Sequence record: NC_007023.1
DNA: 64,000 bases
Reading direction: 5' to 3' (one strand)
From: Escherichia phage RB43
This document shows positions 57,064-64,000 of this stretch, one piece after another. The position numbers were made by a program, and so were the translations under genes. The notes under the pieces were generated by a model. The model saw nothing but the letters and a program-made list of their open reading frames with translations, had not been told where the DNA came from and made no database searches. Positions within the stretch are counted from its first letter, which is position 1; each line of letters starts with the position of its first letter.

Positions 57064-59502
57064 ATGGCAGATTTAAAATCCGGTACTACCATAGGCGGTA
57101 ATACTATCTGGAGTCAGGCTAATTTGCCTTTACTCCCTACTGGAAACACACTAACGTATAAAGGCTTCAAAGTCTATACGGAAAATGATAAGCCTACAAA
57201 AGCTGAAATAGGATTAGGTAACGTTACCAACGACGCACAGGTCAAAAAATCCGGCGATGAAATGACGGGTGATCTGACACTAAAGAACAATACTCAGTTA
57301 ACGGTTCCTCGCCGTATTAACCTGATTGCTGATACTGCGGGGAATGCTCCTTATCTGTTAACTACTCGTTCAGATAACAACGCGGTTACAGATCCGTTCC
57401 CGTCACAGCATACTCGCACGTTTACTTTGTTTGTCAACACAAAATCGAATACTTCCGATCCTTTTGGTGGTGCTAACCTTGCTGCTCTATTATCGCATCA
57501 GTCAACTACTGGGGCAGGTTCTATCGAACTGCAAGCATATGATGCACCAAACAAGACAACAGGCGCTACGGGAATTCTACGCGCTCAGATTGGGCTTAAT
57601 GGGTGGGATGGTTCAATTAACCTTTCCGGTGCTTCGTTAAACGTTGGTATGAGTACAACGGTCAGTGGTAACTTAACAGGAACCCAACTGATCACAAAAG
57701 GCGACGGAAACCGTAACGTCGAATTCCGTGATGCTGGCGGTAACGAATTAGCAATGATATTTGCTGATACTGGTAAAAACTTATATGTTCGTTCAGGTGG
57801 TTCTTATGTAACACGTTTCGCTGCTGATGGTACTCTTATTCTGGCAAACGGTTTGACCGCACCACGTCAAATTTTTGTTAATGGTGCTGGATTGCCAGCA
57901 AACAACAGCTTGATTCGACTTGATACAAGCACTGATGGAAACGCCTCTGGTGACGGCGCAACGCATCTTGGTGTGAAAGCTGATGATGGGAAATTTTATC
58001 ATTATTTCCGTGGTGCTGGTACGATGTTCATCGACGTGAAAGGTGGAATATCTTCTTCAACCCCGTTGTATATGAATGGAGTTGATCAGGCATTACCCAA
58101 AATTGAAATGTTGTCAACTGGTGCGGCTGGCGGTAAAAACTTACTACGTCGATTCCGTGGTGGTCTTCCTGATATTATATGGCATGAAACTGTTCAGCAG
58201 GGTGAATATAAGCTGATGACGGGTAACACCGATAGTGAAATGCAACTATGGGTTAGTGCTAGTGGTGCTGGTCGAGGTGGTGCAATTTACGGTGGTACGT
58301 TTACGGCTGATCGCGGTAATGATGGATTCAAGATCCGTTATAAACCTGCAACAGAATCAGCAATGTTCCAGATATGGAACAGAGATACGAGTGTATTGAA
58401 CTCTTATTTCGGATACGGGTCAAGTAATCAGGCAACAATTAACCTGTATAACCGATTAGGTGATATTGCTGTTTCTACTCCGAACGCTGCGTTCCGGTTA
58501 GATAATACTTTATTAACGCTTGGTAGTTCATCGTCAGCACAAGCCAGTAGTCAAACATTCTATATCCAAAACTGGGGTAATTCTGGTCGTCCTGCTGTGT
58601 TTGAAGTACATGATGATACGGGTTATCATTTTTATTCACAACGAATGCCTAATGGAAACGTAGAATTTCAAACTTCTGGCAATCTGACCGTCAGTAACGG
58701 CGCATACATTTATGGCGGCAATGGCCTAGAAATTCGTTCTAATGGAAACCGTCATGTATGGTTTAAAGATAACGCAGGTAGTGAAAAGGTTGTTATTTAC
58801 GCCGAAGATGATGGCGGGTTGAAAATCCGTACTACGAGTCAGCAATATTCAACTCGTTTTGGTGACGGCATGATTCTAACTACAGGTGCTGCAACCACTG
58901 GAGGTGATAAAGGTTTACTCCGTGGTACTGTTCAGGGTGGTGCGTGGGTCGCATGGCGTGACCGTGCTGCTGGGTTGTTGGTGGATTGTCCTAACTCCAG
59001 AAACGAAGCATACAGCATCTGGAAAGCTACACACTGGGGCGATCAGCATATTGCCGCAATGGATGTCTATGCGGGTGGCGGCAATCCAGTTGTAGTTATG
59101 CACGTTGGTGGTGCTGATTTTTCCTTCGACAATGGTGGTCAATTCAAAGCCAGTGGTTATATTTACTCAGGGGCACATGGTGATTTTAACGATGTGTATA
59201 TTCGTTCTGATATCAGGCTGAAATCTAACCTAGTTGAACTGAAAGATGCACTGAGTAAAGTCGAACAGCTTAAAGGTTATATCTACGATAAGAAACTGAA
59301 AGTCGAAGATGATGAACCTAATGGTCGTGAAGCGGGTATTATTGCTCAGGATCTTCAAAAGGTTTTACCGGAAGCAGTAAGAGAAAACGAAGAAACCGGA
59401 ATGTTGACGATCTCCCCGTCAAGTGTTAACGCGCTTCTGATTACGGCAATCAATGAATTGCGTGAACGTCTGGAAGCAATCGAACGGAAAATAGGGGCGT
59501 AA
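57064..59502 (+). CDS. long tail fibre distal subunit paralogue B (gp36/gp37-like) with C-terminal intramolecular chaperone domain
   Basis: 812 aa; N-terminus MADLKSGTTIGGNTIWSQANLPLLPTGNTLTYKGFKVYTEN matches T4 gp36 N-terminus; GGKNLLRRFRGGLPDIIWHETVQ and ETVFEVHDDTGYHFYSQR like T4 gp37; C-terminal DVYIRSDIRLKSN...GREAGIIAQDLQKVLPEAV chaperone domain. Confidence 0.8.
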   Translation: MADLKSGTTIGGNTIWSQANLPLLPTGNTLTYKGFKVYTENDKPTKAEIGLGNVTNDAQVKKSGDEMTGDLTLKNNTQLTVPRRINLIADTAGNAPYLLTTRSDNNAVTDPFPSQHTRTFTLFVNTKSNTSDPFGGANLAALLSHQSTTGAGSIELQAYDAPNKTTGATGILRAQIGLNGWDGSINLSGASLNVGMSTTVSGNLTGTQLITKGDGNRNVEFRDAGGNELAMIFADTGKNLYVRSGGSYVTRFAADGTLILANGLTAPRQIFVNGAGLPANNSLIRLDTSTDGNASGDGATHLGVKADDGKFYHYFRGAGTMFIDVKGGISSSTPLYMNGVDQALPKIEMLSTGAAGGKNLLRRFRGGLPDIIWHETVQQGEYKLMTGNTDSEMQLWVSASGAGRGGAIYGGTFTADRGNDGFKIRYKPATESAMFQIWNRDTSVLNSYFGYGSSNQATINLYNRLGDIAVSTPNAAFRLDNTLLTLGSSSSAQASSQTFYIQNWGNSGRPAVFEVHDDTGYHFYSQRMPNGNVEFQTSGNLTVSNGAYIYGGNGLEIRSNGNRHVWFKDNAGSEKVVIYAEDDGGLKIRTTSQQYSTRFGDGMILTTGAATTGGDKGLLRGTVQGGAWVAWRDRAAGLLVDCPNSRNEAYSIWKATHWGDQHIAAMDVYAGGGNPVVVMHVGGADFSFDNGGQFKASGYIYSGAHGDFNDVYIRSDIRLKSNLVELKDALSKVEQLKGYIYDKKLKVEDDEPNGREAGIIAQDLQKVLPEAVRENEETGMLTISPSSVNALLITAINELRERLEAIERKIGA

Positions 59503-59513
59503 TGCCCCTCTTT
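59494..59513 (+). terminator. hairpin terminator overlapping stop
   Basis: GGGGCGTAATGCCCC followed by TCTTT. Confidence 0.45.
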
Positions 59514-59527
59514 AAAGAGGTAAAATT

Positions 59528-60052
59528 ATGGCAATTGTTGGAGTACCCGGATGGATCGGGTCGTCTGCGGTAGCAGAAACAGGACAGCGTTGGATGTCTG
59601 CGGCGGGTAGCGCTGTTCGAATTGGTGCGCCTTTCTGGATGTCCCAAATGGCAAACCAATCAGTATATAATATTTCAATACCAATATTCGAACGATATTA
59701 TAAAGGTATTCGTTATCGTGGTTGTTGGAATACTGGATGGAATCTCCCTTTATCTAAACCTGGTTGGAACGCTACTCCTGGTGGTAGTTTTAACGGGCTG
59801 GCTTACGGGACTTGTGTTGCAGTGCAAAACTATCTCGATGGTGAATATAGCGTATTAACTATTCAAAGTGGTCCTGCTGCAAACTTTCGACTCACTACTG
59901 ATGACGGTGCGGTGTTTAACTTTATTGATACCGGACGATATGACGCAGGATATCGAAACTACAAAATCGATCCTAGTCAACATGTGGCATGGTTCGACTA
60001 CCTTAATGCTCGTATAGGACAAACAAGACAAGGACTAGTTGCTATAAGATAA
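59528..60052 (+). CDS. 38: gp38-like tail fibre adhesin/assembly protein
   Basis: 174 aa; N-terminus MAIVGVPGWIGSSAVAETGQRWMSAAGSAVRIG matches T4 gp38 N-terminus; no glycine-rich segments. Confidence 0.8.
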   Translation: MAIVGVPGWIGSSAVAETGQRWMSAAGSAVRIGAPFWMSQMANQSVYNISIPIFERYYKGIRYRGCWNTGWNLPLSKPGWNATPGGSFNGLAYGTCVAVQNYLDGEYSVLTIQSGPAANFRLTTDDGAVFNFIDTGRYDAGYRNYKIDPSQHVAWFDYLNARIGQTRQGLVAIR

Positions 60053-60112
60053 ATATGTTCGGGGGTTGGGAATCCCCGACCGAGGGTATAAAATGGCGCT
60101 ATACAAGATAAA

Positions 60113-60736
60113 TTGGCTGTGCTTGAACGGGTAATGTCGTTCATCATGGCGGTCAAAACGTGGAAACAGCTTTTCATCAAATTGATTCTTATCGTAACAA
60201 TTTTCATTATGTTTATTACATGGTACAAATGGGATGACCTGTTTGCAGTATGGAAATCATCTTCGAGCGTGATCGATGTTCCCACAATGGAGATCGAAAA
60301 AGCAAAAAAGTTTGAATCCGCATCCATTGAACAGTTAAACATAGTGCATTTAACTACGGGTGCGGATTTTTCGGCAGTCTTTGGGTTCAGACCTAATAAT
60401 GTCAATTATTTTGTTGATATAATTGCGTATGAAGGGAAGTTACCGCAACAGATTGATCCGAAAAATCTGGGTGGCTATCCTATAGATAAGACATCGGAAG
60501 AATACAACAGACATATAAACGGGCTACCGTATATCTCAGATATCGCAAGCCCGTACCTTCCGACAAAAAATCTTGTTCCGGTAGTCTACACCTTTAGTTG
60601 TCCTTACTTCAATCTCGAAAACTACTATTCAGGATCAATCTTAATGGAATGGTATAAACAGAAGCCCGAAGTCACCGACATGAAGTTAATGATCGTGTGC
60701 AATCAGGCCGCTAGAATTTTAGGCAGGATTCGATGA
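60113..60736 (+). CDS. t: holin (t), lysis inhibition-type; true start uncertain (TTG 60113, ATG 60134, or ATG 60093 with frame change)
   Basis: ...ESASIEQLNIVHLTTGADFSAVFGFRPNNVNYFVDIIAYEGKLP...LGGYPIDKT...SCPYFNLENYYSGSI...QAARILGR matches T4 holin T; conserved residues (DKLAVLERV) extend upstream of first canonical start. Confidence 0.85.
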   Translation: MAVLERVMSFIMAVKTWKQLFIKLILIVTIFIMFITWYKWDDLFAVWKSSSSVIDVPTMEIEKAKKFESASIEQLNIVHLTTGADFSAVFGFRPNNVNYFVDIIAYEGKLPQQIDPKNLGGYPIDKTSEEYNRHINGLPYISDIASPYLPTKNLVPVVYTFSCPYFNLENYYSGSILMEWYKQKPEVTDMKLMIVCNQAARILGRIR

Positions 60737-60760
60737 TAATTTCAGTTTCGTTTTTTCCAA

Positions 60761-60799
60761 AGCCCGATTGATGAAGTTTTTAACTTTCGTCATCGGGCT
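60761..60799. terminator. long hairpin between convergent genes (bidirectional terminator)
   Basis: AGCCCGAT...ATCGGGCT 8-bp stem with partially paired interior; T/A-rich flanks. Confidence 0.55.
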
Positions 60800-60993
60800 T
60801 TTATCGTATATATCCCACGTTCGCATAAGTTCATACGGTGTAGGAATATATTCATCGTTCCAGTACCCACATTCCCTATCGTAATGCGCCGGAAACCAGC
60901 CTCTGCGGTGTAATATACAAAGAACCCAGCCTTACCCACAGGCGCTACCTTAAAACCTCGTGTAGCGGCTTTCATTGCTTCTTCGTGTGTCAT
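60790..60993 (-). CDS. hypothetical protein
   Basis: 67 aa from ATG overlapping upstream stop (TAATGA); ORF track lists TTG-extended version to 61008. Confidence 0.4.
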   Translation of the reverse strand: MTHEEAMKAATRGFKVAPVGKAGFFVYYTAEAGFRRITIGNVGTGTMNIFLHRMNLCERGIYTIKAR

Positions 60994-61280
60994 TACGCAC
61001 CACTCCAATAATTTATAAAGCGACGAACACCGTATGCTTCCATTTCGATAAAATGGAGTGTCCCGTGTAGCATATCATGATTTTCGTCTTCATCGACAAT
61101 ATCCCAATCGGTAGCTTTCTGTTCTTCAACACTGGCAATGAATACCTGGTTGATTTCGATTTTGCGGTGAGACCGTCTAATGATCGTATCCCCTTCACGG
61201 AACACGATCACATCTGGAACAGTCGGACGGTACGCGGTTTTACCCGCGCACACTTCGTTTAGCATTTCTTCATATGTCAT
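60993..61280 (-). CDS. hypothetical protein
   Basis: 95 aa minus-strand ORF, ATG at 61280. Confidence 0.45.
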   Translation of the reverse strand: MTYEEMLNEVCAGKTAYRPTVPDVIVFREGDTIIRRSHRKIEINQVFIASVEEQKATDWDIVDEDENHDMLHGTLHFIEMEAYGVRRFINYWSGA

Positions 61281-62065
61281 TCTAATACCTTTACGCGTTG
61301 AACGATGGTCTGTTTCACGTCTTTGTATTCCCCGTGTTCTTTAACAGTGGCCTTGAAAGTGATTACGTCACCTTCTTCTGCAATGTTATTACCGAAGTAA
61401 ACAACAACATTACCATCAACATTAATTTTGGTCATGAATCTTTCTACTTCTGTGTAGTAAGAAACTTGAGTGTATCCCAGTGAAATCACTTTCTCAACAG
61501 TACCCGTCATTTGCAGACGCTGTTTGATTTCCCCGATGTGTTTTGCTGCGGCAATCTTCGCCTGGCGTTCTGCTTCCCATTCTGCACGGATTTCTTCACG
61601 TTTAGCGATGTAATCCTTATCCAGCGCAACCCCCATGCAGTAAGCGCAAATGGCGCTGAATACTGGGTCATTGTTCTTTTCGCTGGACTGATCAGCCCAC
61701 CATAGAACAGTAAACATCGGCATATCTGCAATCACTTCGCCTTTACGCTTACCGATTGGCATTATGCCTTGTTCCAGCAGTTCCAGTTTTTCAGTATCGT
61801 ATACTGACAGTTTGCCGCGACGTTCGAACAGATCGAAGTCTGCGAAGCCCTGGAAAACCATTTCGAAACTTTCTGATTGAGTCAAACGACTCACCATGCG
61901 ATCGTAGTATTCACGCGCTTTCTCTTCTGCTTTGTCTGGATCAGTAGACAGGTTGCAGATATAGTTATCAGAAGTATATCCACCTCCCCGACGCTCTACA
62001 CGAAGAGTGTACATAGCATTTTTACGACCAGAAGAAATGAAGTAAGTAGCGGTAACTTTAGTCAT
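61277..62065 (-). CDS. hypothetical protein
   Basis: 262 aa from ATG 62065 with RBS AAGGAG; ORF track version extends to 62104. Confidence 0.55.
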   Translation of the reverse strand: MTKVTATYFISSGRKNAMYTLRVERRGGGYTSDNYICNLSTDPDKAEEKAREYYDRMVSRLTQSESFEMVFQGFADFDLFERRGKLSVYDTEKLELLEQGIMPIGKRKGEVIADMPMFTVLWWADQSSEKNNDPVFSAICAYCMGVALDKDYIAKREEIRAEWEAERQAKIAAAKHIGEIKQRLQMTGTVEKVISLGYTQVSYYTEVERFMTKINVDGNVVVYFGNNIAEEGDVITFKATVKEHGEYKDVKQTIVQRVKVLE

Positions 62066-62113
62066 GGTGAATCTCCTTTGAACGTTTCGTTTCGACAAGA
62101 CCAATATAGCAAA

Positions 62114-62142
62114 AGCCCCCGACCGAAGTCAAGGGCTTTTTT
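62114..62142. terminator. hairpin with flanking A/T runs (bidirectional terminator)
   Basis: AAAAGCCC...GGGCTTTTTT. Confidence 0.45.
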
Positions 62143-62145
62143 AAA

Positions 62146-62475
62146 TTACAGGAATAAACCTGTTCGAATTACCAAATCGATTTTGTTCGTCGGTTCAACC
62201 GGATACTTTTCGACCAGATTGCTGTTGACGTACATCCCGACATACTCATGAGGAATGTTTGATTCATTCGCCCATGCCAGATTGTCATCTGTACGCGGCC
62301 CCAGCATCAGGTTAACAATATCTACAGCGCGATCCTGTTCTGGAGTGTTGTCGCATCCATTCACATATCGCCCGTGTGCGGTTTTGAGGATTTCAACTGT
62401 TTTTTCGTCTGCTTCGACGAGATACAGATTAATGTTTTCTGGGATTTCCTCAAAGATGATCAAAACATTTTTCAT
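62146..62475 (-). CDS. hypothetical protein
   Basis: 110 aa from ATG 62475 with RBS AAAGG; ORF track version extends to 62562. Confidence 0.45.
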   Translation of the reverse strand: MKNVLIIFEEIPENINLYLVEADEKTVEILKTAHGRYVNGCDNTPEQDRAVDIVNLMLGPRTDDNLAWANESNIPHEYVGMYVNSNLVEKYPVEPTNKIDLVIRTGLFL

Positions 62476-62625
62476 CAAACTTACCTTTGTGTTTTTGTTT
62501 ACGTTTTGCTTCTTTAGAATCTCGCTTGCGATCGGCGTGAGTTGAAGCGCGGTTAAAATCATGTTTTGCTACCGGATTGTTCATCGAGGATATAATATCA
62601 CATGATGTTGAATACTGACTTCACC

Positions 62626-62790
62626 ATACAGTTTTACGATAGTTAGGCTATCAGACCCTTTAACAATTCTGTATTTTTCAGGAACAACGCGGTCGATTTC
62701 TTTTTGACGAAGTTAAGCAATCCGAAGTCATCTATATCTTTTGGTGCTTGGGAAATAGAAGACAGCGATACTCGTTGACGCGAATCGTAG
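62626..62790 (-). CDS. small hypothetical protein (54 aa)
   Basis: Not in ORF track (<60 aa); ATG with RBS AAGGAAAA at good spacing. Confidence 0.3.
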
Positions 62791-62854
62791 TACGAAGAAA
62801 TTACAAACATATATTATTTTCCTTATTGGGGCTTTTTAGCCCCATTTTAACTAA

Positions 62855-63118
62855 TTAATCCAGCAGTTTGCGGATCTTATCCGCGATACGTCCGGCACGG
62901 GTTGCGCTTGCGGTATGATCACTTTCTTTGGTAGCCAGTTCAGCCAGTTTGCGCTGATGTTCTTCTTCCGCTGCTTTGCGGTCTGCTGCAACCTGTGCAA
63001 CCTGATCGTTGTCGTGTTGAATACGCGCTTCCAGTTCGGTCAGAGTTTTGTCGAACGTTGCAACGATTTCATCAACAGAGCGGATTTTAGAAGAAAAAGG
63101 ATTCAGTTTCATATTCAT
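62855..63118 (-). CDS. hypothetical protein (helical, charged)
   Basis: 87 aa minus-strand ORF. Confidence 0.5.
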   Translation of the reverse strand: MNMKLNPFSSKIRSVDEIVATFDKTLTELEARIQHDNDQVAQVAADRKAAEEEHQRKLAELATKESDHTASATRAGRIADKIRKLLD

Positions 63119-63126
63119 AGTCTCAA

Positions 63127-63567
63127 TTAGTATGGTTGGAATTCAAAGTCAAACAGGTCATTTAAAGCACGGTTGTATTCAGTGTAGTTCTCACCATCAC
63201 CGAAACGCATCTGAATTGCGCTTTCCGCTATTGTACCAGTAAGATTTGAGAAACCAAAGAGGTTTTTAATCTTATCGTGTGCAACGAAGTACAGAGAAGC
63301 ACTATCCAGCAACGCAACCATCGCAGACGGTTCGTGCTCGCGGCGTTTAATACGTAACAGGGTACGATTTGCACCAGTCTTGCGGCGTTGATTCGGTGCT
63401 ACGTAGAAACGAAATACTACTTTGCCCGTTTTATCATCAACTACCAGGTAGAAACCATGTTCTTTCAGGTCAACTCCTTCGAACTTGGTGAACTCACCGC
63501 GTTTCATGTCACCTATCTTAACAGCATATTTGTGGATGTCAAGCCTTGTCAGAATTCTTTTCGTCAT
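63127..63567 (-). CDS. hypothetical protein
   Basis: 146 aa minus-strand ORF. Confidence 0.5.
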   Translation of the reverse strand: MTKRILTRLDIHKYAVKIGDMKRGEFTKFEGVDLKEHGFYLVVDDKTGKVVFRFYVAPNQRRKTGANRTLLRIKRREHEPSAMVALLDSASLYFVAHDKIKNLFGFSNLTGTIAESAIQMRFGDGENYTEYNRALNDLFDFEFQPY

Positions 63568-63955
63568 TTTCTTTTACCAGTTTATTTCCGAATTTGGTGT
63601 TCACACCAGTTTTTGCATTAACGGTCAGCATAACCAGGACAATTGGTGATGATACCAGCAGGATCACAACACCAAAAAACAGACGTATCAAACGTATGGA
63701 TAACGTACCCAGCCACACAAGAGATTTTTCAGCCCAGCGATTAACCGTTCCGAGTACCAGCATAGCATATGCCATGTTAAATGCAAGTGCTACTGCGATA
63801 TATCCGTAAGGTTTTTTGAAATATGTTTGTTTTCCGTCTTCTGAATGACCAGCAAGAGGATTTCCATCATTCCACAGGTCTTTAGAATCTTGTAACGCAC
63901 TTTTTCCGCGTTCAATATATTCCCAGTAATCGGGAACGCCTTGCAGTAATTTCAT
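63539..63955 (-). CDS. hypothetical membrane protein
   Basis: ATG 63955 with RBS AGGAT; two hydrophobic segments (IAVALAFNMAYAMLVLG, FGVVILLVSSPIVLVMLTV). Confidence 0.5.
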   Translation of the reverse strand: MKLLQGVPDYWEYIERGKSALQDSKDLWNDGNPLAGHSEDGKQTYFKKPYGYIAVALAFNMAYAMLVLGTVNRWAEKSLVWLGTLSIRLIRLFFGVVILLVSSPIVLVMLTVNAKTGVNTKFGNKLVKENDEKNSDKA

Positions 63956-64000
63956 AATCAAATCCTATGCGCCTGAATCGCTCCAGGCGCTGTTGTTGGG

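Overview
This window is a segment of a T4-like (Tevenvirinae-type) myovirus genome, with GC content that looks higher by eye than T4 itself. Three blocks are visible. (1) 1-21860, plus strand: a contiguous late structural module in T4 order: gp9 (5' partial), gp10, gp11, gp12, fibritin (wac), gp13, gp14, [inserted HNH homing endonuclease], gp15, terminase small and large subunits (gp16, gp17), tail sheath gp18, tail tube gp19, portal gp20, gp67, gp68, prohead protease gp21, scaffold gp22, major capsid gp23, vertex gp24, with TATAAATA late-promoter motifs and strong hairpin terminators. (2) 21880-49390: a hyperplastic accessory region with uvsY, uvsW and uvsW.1 (minus strand), two Hoc-like capsid-decoration genes, RNA ligase 2 (rnlB), two HAD phosphatases and a P-loop kinase, NadV nicotinamide phosphoribosyltransferase, Dam methylase, NrdC-like glutaredoxin, endonuclease VII (gp49), a second HNH-AP2 homing endonuclease, nrdD and nrdG, and about 40 small ORFs of unknown function. 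(3) 49429-60736: the long-tail-fiber module (gp34, gp35-like, two paralogous distal-fibre genes with C-terminal intramolecular-chaperone domains, gp38) and holin t, followed by minus-strand small early-type genes. The most notable observations are a Hoc-like gene whose conserved capsid-binding domain is interrupted by an in-frame TAG, a second Hoc-like gene with four perfect 87-bp in-frame tandem repeats, a fibritin ending in Ig-like domains instead of a foldon, gp15 apparently lacking an ATG start after a homing-endonuclease insertion, duplicated distal tail fibres, and four genes whose conserved 5' ends lie one frame off from the body of the gene. All protein identifications rest on my reading of the translations against recalled T4 protein sequences; no database search was run.
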